Shown here: positions 53,401-64,000 of the stretch, one piece after another
Layout: every line of letters begins with the position of its first letter
How positions within the stretch are numbered: the stretch's first letter is position 1
Origin: Botryllus schlosseri
Taxonomy: Eukaryota
Length of the DNA stretch: 64,000 bases
Assembly (NCBI GenBank): GCA_051294905.1
Contig: CM119378.1
Location: forward strand, 3,040,001 to 3,104,000
Direction: 5' to 3'
Translations under genes and position numbers: made by a program
The notes under the pieces: generated by a model
Told to the model about the DNA's origin: nothing
Database searches by the model: none
The model's input: the letters and a program-made list of their open reading frames with translations, nothing else

Positions 53401-56400
53401 TCCATTTCCTCAAAGACCACAGGAGAAAATGGACTTTTGCAATCTTTTCGAAGTCACCTTAATTGACCTTACTTGTAACTAGTTACAACACAACATCTGT
53501 TTGCGTCAGTAGGCTGTTGGCAATTTAGCAATTAAAATGAGTTTGCACAGCCGAATATTTCATCTCCGACGAACACTCTGTTGATGTGACTCCTGAAGTT
53601 TTACCAGTAATGAAGCGAAACTGCCTCGTGATTTTCCTAATAAAACAATACAAATAAGGTTATCATCCATTTTGTAACTTTAGAGATTTCGCCGATCCCC
53701 GGTTGAGAACCCCTGGCGTAGTGAGTCGTGTGATTTGCCTGTGTATGCACTATATGCCACTTTAGTCTAACTATGACTACACAAAGGCATATTAGGAATT
53801 ACGTAGCAAACATCCATGCCGAACGTGTCGCTACGACATAATGATAGATAATATCGGTATTTCTAAGATTGATAACTGATAAAAATAAAACAGTTCATTA
53901 TACTTGAAGGAGAAAACAGTGATAAAGCTCTGATAAAGATGGTGAACGACAACACAAGGGTAATGACATCAATTCACAATCTCGATGACGTCGGACGTCA
54001 ATGGCTCCAGGAACATGATCTCGAAATATACCCGCAGATGAGGATAGCTGACGTGAGCAGCTCGCACAAAGGCCGTTACGGCGGAGTGGATAACGGGGAT
54101 CGATCGATCACAATGCATGACATCATGACATCTACGTCCACTACGGAAAAAGCAGGACCGTCTAAGGCGGTTGGTGTCACTTTCATTGTCGCATCAGCCG
54201 GTTCGGGAAAAACAACTCTTCTTGGCAGAATAGCTCGAAAAGCCTTCAATACATCGCTCGAGGAAAAAAATATGCGACCAAAAATGATCCATTATGTTCA
54301 ATTAAAGAATATCCAGGAACAGGCGGTCATCGAACCATCAAGATTCCTATTTGGCGGTATTTTCAAATATACGTCTGATGAAGATCTAGCTTATAGATAT
54401 TTAGTTGGACATCAAACTGAGGCAATCTTAATTTTTGACGGGTTCGAACCATCCAAATTTGGTTACTCTCAGAAAATGTCAGAACAGCCGTGTACGAAGT
54501 CAATTTCAAGTGTCAATGGGTTCGACCAAGCTGAACAGTGTTTTCGAGAAATTGGGCATTACGAATCGGCAAGTACCTCAACGATCATGTACAACATCTT
54601 GGCTCGCAACGTTCTTCGTCATGTTAAAATATTCGTAGCTTCGCGTGAAATTAATGTCTCGGAGCTACCGACGACTGTTCGGCCCGACAGAATCCTCACA
54701 CTGAAAGGTTTCTCTTTGCAAGATTCAAGGAGACTTTTCATCTCCCTACTCGGTGAGATTGGGAGTAAAGCCTGGGAAAAAATTGAAGGAACGTCTCCAC
54801 GCTTACTCCCGCTGATATCTATACCTGCTTACCTAATTTTAACGGCAATCCTAATGAGAATGGATCCAAACGGACTGCCACCCGGTGTAATGACTGAATT
54901 ATACCATCAGGCTTTGTTAAGACTTCTAATCATGAAGAATATGGAAAATCGGCACAAGAGCCATAAAAAAAAGACACGCGACGAGGACCGCTTTTTAACT
55001 GTAACTCAAAAATTGAAAGCCGTGGCCTTTAGGGACGTTACGGAAGGGAAGACTGTATTCCACGAAAGAGACTTGAAGCGGTTTAATGTGTCAGCGGAGG
55101 ACGTTCGGTGTATGAAGATGGAATCTACGACCAACAGCAGCCGCCATAGGCGCGAATCCACCTTCCCTTATATAAGCATCCGTGAATTTCTCGCAGCAAG
55201 TTTTGTTGCAGAGATGAAGTTTGAGGAATTCTCTTGCTTCAATGACGAGCATCTTCATGCCAGACAGTGGTCGGGGGTTCGAAGACTTGTCTCGGGAATC
55301 GTCTTCTCTGAATCAACAAAGAGTCTTCTCACAGGTGAGGATTTATGCGTCTGCCGTTTTCCGAAAAATCGTTAACATTCCGTAATCCCTCATCCCCCCC
55401 TAATACAAGGACATCCTCAGCTCAGAGCTACTCAGAGTGGTCGTTTAGGCTACAAGTAAATGGAACAATGTATGAGACGTGTCAGGCCAACTTGAACAAA
55501 CTTCATATTTTGCTGGAAATGCATAGATAGGGGCGGCACGTTGGATGATTTTGTTTGCGAATCCCGGCGTTTTATTTGGAAATAGTGCGACGTACTCTAG
55601 TGACGAACTCAAAATGACAGAAGAATTGGTTTATTGTAATATTCGGAATTTTGCACGATTGCAATGACATAGGTGCTTCGTTGACCTGTTGTTAAATTCA
55701 TTAAGGAAAGTGATGTGAGTCTATCTATACCAATCGTGATCACTGTAAGTAAAGTCAGTTGTCGTGACATGCTTGAGTACTCAAGAGAGTGACATCCCTT
55801 TTTACTGACCCCATCTACGCTTAACCAAACAAACTCTAGCTAAAATATACGATGAATTGGTGGATTTAATGCATAGGCACGTGGTTGCCTTTCGTATGCT
55901 GTGGTCTCGGAAATGTTAAGGAGCCTGAACACTTCTTGATTGTCATCCAAAAACAGGTCTTTTTGTCCTCCATTTATTTTACTACGTGAATGTTGATATC
56001 TTCATGTCTATTTTATTTTATTGTACAACAGTCTCAGATAGATTGAAGAAGCAAGAAATTATTTCTCAATCGATAATTTCGCAATTGGAAAAGACAGATT
56101 TCTCCGCGCCGAGTCGCATGGAACTATACGCCACTATTTATGAATCAAACAACAGTGATCTGATGAAAAATCTGTCCGTAATCAATGTCTCTGAAATCTC
56201 ACTAAGTTTTTATGAAGCTCACATGGTCGGGACACTGATGGCAGGAAGTGAAGATCTTAAATCCGTAGATTTGAGTTTTTGCGATATCGAAGATGACATT
56301 TTAAAAATTCTCACAAGATGTCTGAAGGATCCAATTCAGGTGAGATTTGACATAGCCTTAATAGTTTGAAATTTTTATAATTGCCGACTCTTTGGCTAAC

Positions 56401-58381
56401 TTTTCAAGTCAAATCAGATTCAAATTCTCTGCCCATTGTGTCAAGTGAATGGGAACCTAGACGTCGCATGGTTACATCGCTATATGCTCTCCGAGGCGTA
56501 TGTACTAAACCAGTGGTTCTCAACCGGGGGTCCGCGAAGCCTCAAAATAGTTGATAACCTAATTTGTACTTTTTAAATTCGGAAAATCACGAAGCAGTTT
56601 CGCTTCATTACAAGTGAAACTCCAGAGCTCATATATCAACGAAATGGCCATCCGTAATGGCCATCTGAGATGAAATATCCTACTGTGCGGACTCATTTTA
56701 ATTACTAAATTGCCAATAGCCTACTGATACGAACAGTTTGCTGTTTAGAGATGTTTTGTTGGGGATTGTTGAAAAACAAGTTGGATGAGTGACTTGGGAA
56801 TGTTTACAAAAATTCGTGTCCTCCTGTGGTGTATACAGAACCATTTTTTCCATAATATCTTCAATATAAGCTGCTAGATATAAATGACGAGGCTGGACGT
56901 TATATGTTCAATTAAAAATTTCGGTTGTCAAATTTGGTGCCATATTTGTTGCGATCATACCCAAATCTGTCATCGGCAACGTCGCGCGTTATGATTACAT
57001 TTGCTAACACCTATATTTGTGGAAATGGATTTTCGGCACTTTTTCGTATCAAATCGAATACACGGATTTCCAAGACACGACCACGTGTTTCAAGAAATGC
57101 AGTTGCAGAATTCGCTTTGAAATAATATAAGTCAACCCAATTTCTACACGAATAGTATTTCAATTAAAAAAAAAACTTCGAGGAAATTTATTTTGTTGCT
57201 GTTTATCACTAAGCCTACAGTCATCATTTGCACAAGGCAGATGATGATCGCACGATAATTGAGCTAAATTTTAACTAAAACTTCGTGGGGGTCAGGGACG
57301 GTCCGAAATGGGTCTGCGAAGACAAAAAGGTTGAGAAGCACTGTACTAAACACTATAACACCACTTTTCAGTCAAAAACTTCTCTAGCGTTGACGTAATA
57401 ATCCTAATTTGAGAGTCAAGAGTACCTTACCACCCGTCAAGATAAATTGTATAACGCTTAGTGTAACGTTCTGCTATAGAAGTGTAGGTCATATACTGTA
57501 TAGTGTGGTGACGAATACCATTTTATTTAATGACAGCAGACTATTCTGTCAAGCTTGACACCACTAATAAGGCTTCATAAACCGACCTTACAAGCTACAG
57601 CCCAGTAACAAGCTGAATGCATGATTTCCAACTGCTGTACTTTGCTTCAGCTACACAGATCAGTTCGACTTGTGCGAAATGCAATGCGGTTAAATGAAAT
57701 CTTGGTCGCATAAATTTGTTTTGATCTTGTGATTGGGTGATAATTCAGCGTAAATCGAGTTCTAGGGATTTTGCCATGTAGCTTTGCGTCTTCCTTAATG
57801 TCGAAAACATGTAAAGGTTACTTCCTGAAGTAGGAATTTGAGATATGCCCCCTGATATTTCCACTTATCTATACCATGTTCAATTTAACTTGACGTCATC
57901 TGGTTCCAGGTCCGCCATCTGGAATTGCAAGGCAATAGCTTCTCGGCAGACGCGTTAGGCTCGTTTCTCGGACTTCGTCGGAACGAATCGCGATATCTCG
58001 ATTGGAAAGTGAGTTTGACGAATTTGTGATAGCTTTTAGCGAGTATTAGTCATACGGAATGAAAGGTAGAAAGGCTGCGGGTTGTCGGTATTTGTTGTTG
58101 CTCCAACGGCGGTATACTGTTTTGTCATTCAGGTAGTCCGGTCAACTCGACCTCTACCGAAATCCACCTTTCCTTTTGATCTATTCATGTCTCGTCATAT
58201 CAAATTGACAAACGAACAAGGCATCATCAAGGTGCTTGATGACGAAATATTCTTCAAAGGACGTTTCAACATAAGCGTGAGTTCCAGAACGTATCTTTTC
58301 AGAATTCTAAACCAATCTTCTCCGCAATGCATCAAAGTCTCGCCTGTTATAAGAAATGAAATGCTGCAATTGGAAAATTGA
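41479..58381 (+). CDS. NLR-like gene B: small N-terminal exons, NACHT, LRRs and unique C-terminal exon (start codon not identified)
   Basis: Candidate exons 41479-41544, 49826-49912, 51113-51169 (all phase 1-1, tentative), then 53910-55334, 56032-56339, 57910-58008, 58133-58381. GT-AG introns, phase-consistent and open; AATAAA at 58657. Confidence 0.6.
43304..44226. mobile_element. hAT MITE, inverted sibling of 32261-33093
   Basis: Perfect TSD cgtacact; TIR cagtgttgggat / atcccaacactg. Confidence 0.88.
44351..44665 (+). mobile_element. tRNA-derived SINE (family 3)
   Basis: tagcgtggtgg A box, ggttcgattgc B box, (cattg)-like tail. Confidence 0.55.
47330..47751 (+). mobile_element. hAT MITE, near-identical to 23812-24191
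   Basis: Perfect TSD atacgcag; TIR cagagatgagc. Confidence 0.9.
47784..49626. mobile_element. Charlie-type element carrying inverted family A repeat modules; small MITE nested at 48336-48512
   Basis: Perfect TSD atctaaat; TIR cagtggttcttaacc. Nested caatgttc...gaacattg with cacctca duplication. Confidence 0.85.
49826..49912 (+). CDS. Gene B candidate small N-terminal exon
   Basis: aatgcag| ... caat|gtgagt; 87 nt, phase 1-1, GFRIKSLTSDSGDQIYSMKAIHTTPKEQ. Confidence 0.5.
49951..51010. mobile_element. Charlie-type MITE
   Basis: Perfect TSD ttatagac; ends cagtggtctcaaac / gtttgagacctctg. Confidence 0.88.
51113..51169 (+). CDS. Gene B candidate small N-terminal exon
   Basis: ttttgtctgcag| ... 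gaac|gtgagt; 57 nt, phase 1-1, FSNNRRIILNIDTRSKEE. Its donor and downstream intron are paralogous to the previous exon's. Confidence 0.5.
51215..53059. mobile_element. Charlie-type element containing a family A segment (~51590-52816)
   Basis: Perfect TSD atatagac; ends cagtggttcccaacc / ggttgggaatcactg. Confidence 0.85.
53098..53715 (-). mobile_element. Family C Charlie-derived MITE
   Basis: TIR cagtggttctcaacc / ggttgagaacccctg; TSD gcgtagct / gcgtagtg. Confidence 0.8.
53910..55334 (+). CDS. Gene B NACHT exon
   Basis: Acceptor cttgaag| aligns with the gene A exon start (ENSDKALIKMVN vs GINDEDLINTVN). ASAGSGKTT, ILIFDGFE, ASTSTIMYNIL, KIFVASRE, LKGFS, SIREFLAASF; donor acag|gtgagg. Confidence 0.92.
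56032..56339 (+). CDS. Gene B post-NACHT/LRR exon
   Basis: Paralogous to 33240-33544 with the same splice positions; LKSVDLSFCDIEDDIL. Confidence 0.85.
56511..57343 (+). mobile_element. Family C Charlie-derived MITE with transposase remnant
   Basis: Perfect TSD tactaaac. FANTYICGNGFSALFRIKSNTR resembles the Charlie/Buster C-terminal F.TTYLCE.GFS motif. Confidence 0.85.
57910..58008 (+). CDS. Gene B LRR exon
   Basis: ttccag| ... aaa|gtgagt; 99 nt; VRHLELQGNSFSADAL fits LxxLxLxxN. Confidence 0.75.
58133..58381 (+). CDS. Gene B probable terminal exon (non-LRR, unknown fold)
   Basis: tcattcag| acceptor, phase 0, 82 aa to TGA. Internal gtgagt donor at ~58277 is a possible alternative. Confidence 0.55.
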   Translation, partial: VVRSTRPLPKSTFPFDLFMSRHIKLTNEQGIIKVLDDEIFFKGRFNISVSSRTYLFRILNQSSPQCIKVSPVIRNEMLQLEN

Positions 58382-59477
58382 TGACAGATTGCGATGAATG
58401 TTGTAGTTGCTTGATTTTCAAGCATTTCGAAATATATATACTCATTAGTTATTCGCACCAGTCCTAATCAATTGTTGACAATTCCCTTACAATCGACTTG
58501 CGGCTCGGCATCCTCTTTATATTACACAGGTCGACATTTTTCAACTTTTTTTTTGTTTTTTTAGAACTATTAATTGAGTTTACCTAATTTGACGATGCTG
58601 ATTCCGAATTTGCCGTCAGAATTCACTCATCAGCTCACAATTTTTCGCAAAAATCGAATAAAAATAGTACTTAAAAACGGCTGTATTAAAGGTGCTTATG
58701 CCTGGTCAGGTCCGTATATGATACGAAACACATCCTACAAAGCTCTCAACATACTTTATTCCATTTAAGGTGTTATTATCTTAAACTAAACCCTCCAAAT
58801 AATCAGGATCTTTAGTATTTCTAAGAAATTTATATGCAACTTAATTGAAAGAAAGTCATGTATTTTTATCCAAATCCGCCTTCCTAATAAGAAATAGGGT
58901 TTTTCGGTGAATGTTCTGATTTGAGGTTCTACAAATAGCCTACACCTTCTACTGTATTAACTCAAGTTTGGAAACCTTTCATGAATGTATTTAAAACATG
59001 CACTTTCTATGATCAGAGCCTTTAAAAACTTTTTCATGAGATACAGTTTGATATATAATGGTGGAAATACAACATTAGATCTGTTGATAAGAGCAGGCTT
59101 TGAAACAGTTTATAGCCTGGTGTAAGACACTCCCTCACCGGCCACTTACGATTAATTCAATGATTTCTACTGTCCCATTCATACATAATACAAGGATACC
59201 ATGTAGTTCTACACATTTGAACCGGTAGCATATTTCTGAATTCAAAATCAACGAAAACTTTACACGTCTGAGTACTATATTCCAAATTTGGAATCAAAAC
59301 TTTCATATTCTCGTAAGACCCCTTGACGCCAGTTGTACCAGCTACAGGGATAAAAGCACACTGATTTTTATTGTGCGTCAAAACAGCGTTTAGGCTTGGT
59401 ACGGAAATAAAGAGAGGCGATTCACAGTTCCCAATGTTTCTATGAGACCTTGAACATCGACACAATAGACTAAAGAG

Positions 59478-60464
59478 TAGGGATGGTGTGAACCTCTGAA
59501 AGGTTCAGGTTCGTGTGAACGCGAACCTTTTTGAAAGGTTCTGTGTGAACGCGAACGTGAACCTCGTGACGTCACGTGACGTCATATTGCTAAGTCCAAC
59601 CCTACATTTCAGTGAAGTGGTAGCCTATAATGTGCACGATACCTAGCGACGACATGCCACAATGCTGCCGTACATATTAACGTTTTAAACGTCGCCAAAT
59701 GTATCAACTGGTGCAATCAAATGATATAATAATCCCATAAAATCTATATCTTCCGTGGCTTTGCCAACATTTTCGACGAGGACTTACAAGGGAATATAAG
59801 CTTACGCCTTAACGGTCTAGGCCAGACCGGACAATGTATTTGGCGACTGGGTATTGCTATGTTGATATTGAGCAGAGGGTAAAACGGGTTTCTATACTTG
59901 CTACCGACATTACCCCATTAACAAGTTACACAGCTGTAGCCAACACCCCAATCGCGTGGATTTGGTTTTTATGATACGATAAACATATGAAGTCAAGATT
60001 AACCCCGTACACCTGCTAGATTTTTTACATCATACAAATATATCAATTTCATTGATTGGTTGAATAAGCATCATTCGCTGACTGCATGTATTTCGCTCTT
60101 GTGTTGTGTGATTGCGGGCCAAGCTCACAGCAGAGAGTCACTAAATATTCACAAACGAAAAGCCGGATATTTCGAGCAAACGTTTGTAACAAAAAAGCAA
60201 GTAATTTCTTTTCAGATTGTCAAGGTGCATGCTCGTTTAGTGTTGATTTTTTATCCTGACATCGCCATAGATAGAGTGGCCCGCAGTTTCAATACAATAA
60301 ATTTCAACCTAAGATGTTATAGTGAAGTGAAAGTTGTAATATATGGAAAAGGTTCACAGTGCAGAACCTACCAAGGTTCGTTTGTGAACGTGAACCTCAA
60401 AATTTCCGAGGTTCACGTTCACATACAGAACGCGAACGTGAACCTCACGTTCACACCATCTCTA
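59478..60464 (-). mobile_element. hAT MITE family B
   Basis: Perfect TSD ctaaagag; TIR tagggatggtgtgaac / gttcacaccatctcta. Confidence 0.88.
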
Positions 60465-60862
60465 CTAAAGAGGTTTCGGAGGCAAAGAAGCGTGTGTATT
60501 CACTATCTCGATCACGATGCATACCAAGCAACAGTGTTGTCAGTGCCAAGTATATGTTTGACTTTTAATTGGGAACCTACAATATTAGCAGATTAATTTG
60601 GCAAATTTAAATTTATAACAAGGTTATTTAGTTCAGCTTGATTCAACTTTATATAGCTGCTGATCACCATCACATTCATGCTGAGAACATTCTTCAGACA
60701 AAGACTCCTCACCGAGATAATCTTTTTCAACTGTTAGTGAAACTTTTGAAGGCTACGGACATCTAACCCATGAGAAATCAGTCGTATTGCGCAAGTCAAA
60801 TTAGATAATGAATTTTATGCTGATTTTTGACATTAAATAAATAAATAAAAATATAACAAAAG

Positions 60863-61108
60863 TGTGGTGTTATATTTATCCGTTAGGTGTCTACCTTCTC
60901 TTCATTCCCGCTAGTAATTATTTCGTGCGTTTGTCTATCTGTTAGTTTATCATTCTGGTGTAGGGCGTTCTGAGAGTAGCATGTGTTTCCGGATTTACTT
61001 CTGTTTTAACGTATATATTCTTTGTAGCATAGTCTACACTTTTAGTGAATAAAAGCCTAGAAAGCCGTTTTATGTCTATTGGTGGGTTTTCCTCGCAAGG
61101 TCACAACA
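60863..61108 (+). repeat. 5' LTR of a Gypsy retrotransposon
   Basis: tgtggtg...cacaaca ends; TATATA at 61012; AATAAA at 61048; gag ATG follows at 61134. The partner LTR is outside the window. Confidence 0.7.
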
Positions 61109-61288
61109 ATTTTATTCACTAAATCTGAAGATCATGGCTGGTTCTCAGGAAAAGTATATTCGAGTGCCAATACTTGAAATCCTTCCAAGTTCTCCCTAAA
61201 GGTCTTCAATCACTGGGAAAAGATGCTCAACAATTTTATCACTGCAGTTGAGACTTCGACTACGCCGGCTCCTAACTCGGGTGTAAAC

Positions 61289-62361
61289 TAGGGATGGTGT
61301 GAACCTCACGTTCGCGTTCTGTGTGTGAACCTCGGAAATTTAGAGGTTCGCGTTCACAACAGAACCTTGATAGGTTCTGCACTGTGAACCTTTTTGGTAA
61401 ATTGCAATTTTCACTTCATTATAAGGAAAGGAAGGGACGTAGTTTATTTTTGCCCTTGATGTTTTTTGCGGCATATACACCGACTCATACACATACACAC
61501 GATAAGATAAGATCTTTGGTTCAAATTTATTGCATTTCAACTGTGGGCCACTCTATGCATGGCGCTGGCAGCATAAAAAATCAACACTAAACGAGCATGC
61601 ACCTTGACAATTTTAAAGGTTTTACTTGCTTTATTACAAAAATTCTCTCGAAATATCCAGCTTCCGTTTGTGAATATTTAGTGACTCTCTGCTGTGAGCT
61701 TGACCCGCAATCACACTACGTCACGAGCGAAATACGTAGTCAGCGAATGATGCTTATTCAACCAATCAATGACATTGATATTGATATCGTTTTCTGTTGT
61801 AAAAAATCTAGCAGGCGTACGGGGTCAATCTTGACTTCATATCTTTACTGAATCATTGAAACCAAATCCGTGCGATTAAGGTGTTGGCTACTGATGTATA
61901 ACTTGTTGTTGTTTGTGGTATCGGTAAACAGTATCGAAACCCGTTTTACACTCTGCTGAATATCAATGCAGCAATACTCAGACTCCGAATACATTGTCCG
62001 GTCTGGCCAAGACCGTTAAGGAGTAAGCTTATATTGCCCGGTAAGTCCTCGTCGAAATTGTTGGCAAAGCGACGGAATGTATTGATTTTATGGGATTATT
62101 ATATCCTTCGATTACCGCGGTTGATACATTCAGCGACGGTTGAAACGCCAATATGTACTTCAGCATTGTGGCATTATGTGGCCAGAGTCGTCGCTATAGG
62201 TATCGTGTACATTAATTTAGATTATCATTTCATTAAAAGATAGGGTTGGAATTAGCAATATGACGTCACGTGACGTCATGAGGTTCGCGTTCACACAGAA
62301 CCTTTCAAAAAGGTTCGCGTTCACACGAACCTGAACCTTCCAGAGGTTCACACCATCCCTA
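61289..62361 (+). mobile_element. hAT MITE family B inserted in gag; carries a SINE 3' fragment (~61425-61515)
   Basis: TIR tagggatggtgtgaacct / aggttcacaccatcccta; decayed TSD gtgtaaac / gtgaaaat. Confidence 0.85.
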
Positions 62362-64000
62362 GTGAAAATCCTCCCGCACCTGTCATCGATAAGTCGGCGA
62401 TTCTTACCGGATATGTGTCTCCCGACGTCTATTCATTGTTCGAACAGCTAGATACCTTCACGGCCGCAATGGACCTGCTTAGATCCAGTTATCGAAAGAA
62501 AAAGAACGTCATTTATGCAAGACATCTGCTGGCCATTGCGAAACAAGATCCAGGCAAATCTATCACCGAGTTCTCACAGGATTTACTCATGCTTGCTCGT
62601 GATTGTTCGTTCGAGAATGTATCGGCGGACCAGCACAGACAAGAGGCCGTACGGGATTCACAAATTACCGGTCTACACTCGTCAGCTATTCGACTGCGCT
62701 GACTCGAACATGGCGTGTTTCTGGAGCAGGCACAGAAGTTTTCTAGTTCCTATGAGCCGCAGAGTCAACCTGTTCTGAATGTCAACAGCGATCAATCTGC
62801 TAATAGTTTCAATTTATCGGCGTTCAAGAGCGATGTGCGTGCCGCGAATACATTAAAGAAGAAGTGCATTTTCTGTGGAGAAATTCACGAAAGAACACGG
62901 AAATCCTGTCCCGCGAAAGATGCTTCAAGCTTTCATTGTGGCGTGCGTGGACCCTTTGCGAAAGTATGCAGATTGCGAGTCGGAAGAGAACCTGCTGCCT
63001 CGTTGAACTCGTTAGTCTCTGGCTCGGCACTTGCTGGAATACCCGACTCTCTTCGGTATTCTTGCCTCGACGTCTCCGTTGCGCAATATAACGTGAAGGC
63101 TTTGATAGATTCCGGTGCTTATGAATGCTATATCAGTGAATCCCTATCGAAATGCAGAGAATAACTCCGTAACAACTCGGGTGCATTGAAGCTTCACTCG
63201 AGATACCGGGGTGTAATTACGGCAACGTCAAATTCAGAGTCGTTAAAGATCTCATTGCTGATGTGATCCTGGGATTGGAATTCATGAAGCAGCATGGGAA
63301 AGTTGTATTTGAATTTGGCGGACCATCGAAGGATCTCGTCATTTCGAATGGCTTGCATTGCGCCGTAGCAGCTGCGAGAGTATCCGCACCTCCTCAAATA
63401 TTCAAATTCGTCGACCCTGAAGTGCGACCCGTAGCTGTAAAATCAAGAAATTATAGTTCAGATGACCGGAAATTTATTGCGAGTGAGTTGTCGAAGCTGC
63501 TGCGTGACGGTGAAGTAGAACGTTCGGTGTCTCCCTGGCGAGCCCAGGTCTTGGTAACGAAATATTGTCGGCACAAGAAGAGGCTAGTAATCGATTACTC
63601 ACAGACCATCAATAGGTTTACTCCTCTGGATGCATACCCTTTGCCCAAAATAGAGAATATCGTGAACGACGTGGCAAAAGGAATGGTATATAGCACCATT
63701 GATTTGAAATCTGCTTACCATCAAGTAGCGCTATCTGTACCCGATAGGCCATATACTGCTTTTGAAGCTATGGTGGCTCGTTGTATCAATTTTGTCATCT
63801 GCCTTTCGGGATAACCAATGGTGTAGCTGCGTTTCAGCGGTTCATTGATAAATTCATTGCCGAGCACAAACTAAATGGTACTGTTGCCTATCTTGATAAC
63901 GTCACGATTTATGGGGAAAACCAAAAAGAGCATGATGAAAGGCTTCAAGCTTTCATGTCTGCTGCGACAAATTGGGGATTGACTCTCAATCAAGATAAAT

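Larger units (their letters stand above)
60863..64000 (+). mobile_element. Decayed Gypsy/Ty3 LTR retrotransposon (gag-protease-RT; runs off the window)
   Basis: gag FNHWEKMLNNF, NVIYARHLL, LARDCSF, degenerate double zinc knuckle; protease ALIDSGA and ILGLEFM; RT SPWRAQVLV, RLVIDYSQTIN, DAYPLP, IDLKSAYHQ, PFGITNG, AYLDNV. Stops and frameshifts present. Confidence 0.9.

Noticed and set aside
60060..60596. 178-aa ORF, and similar ORFs at 14568-15065, 10223-10645 and 34967-35425
   Set aside because: They lie in or across MITEs or antisense in introns, and have no recognisable motifs or splice context.

Overview
AT-rich, repeat-dense genomic DNA from an invertebrate animal. Spliceosomal GT-AG introns (some only 52-53 bp) and the repeat content suggest a tunicate or similar marine invertebrate, but the taxon cannot be fixed from sequence alone. 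Host content is two tandem, same-strand, multi-exon NACHT (NLR-like) genes. Gene A (~16015-37980) has 8 phase-consistent exons encoding ~888 aa: a predicted PB1/ubiquitin-like N-terminal domain, NACHT, and divergent LRR-like repeats. Gene B (~41479-58381) has small symmetric N-terminal exons, a NACHT with altered Walker B and winged-helix motifs, LRRs and an unrelated C-terminal exon. Everything else is nested mobile DNA: a decayed RNase H-bearing LINE with an R4/Dong-type retrotransposon in its (TAA)n tail, a decayed Hermes/hobo-like hAT element, ~20 hAT/Charlie/pogo-type MITEs with readable target-site duplications (TSDs), two long foldback elements inside NLR introns, tRNA-derived SINEs, and a decayed Gypsy element whose LTR/PBS layout looks self-priming. 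All gene models and alignments were made by eye; no database searches were run.
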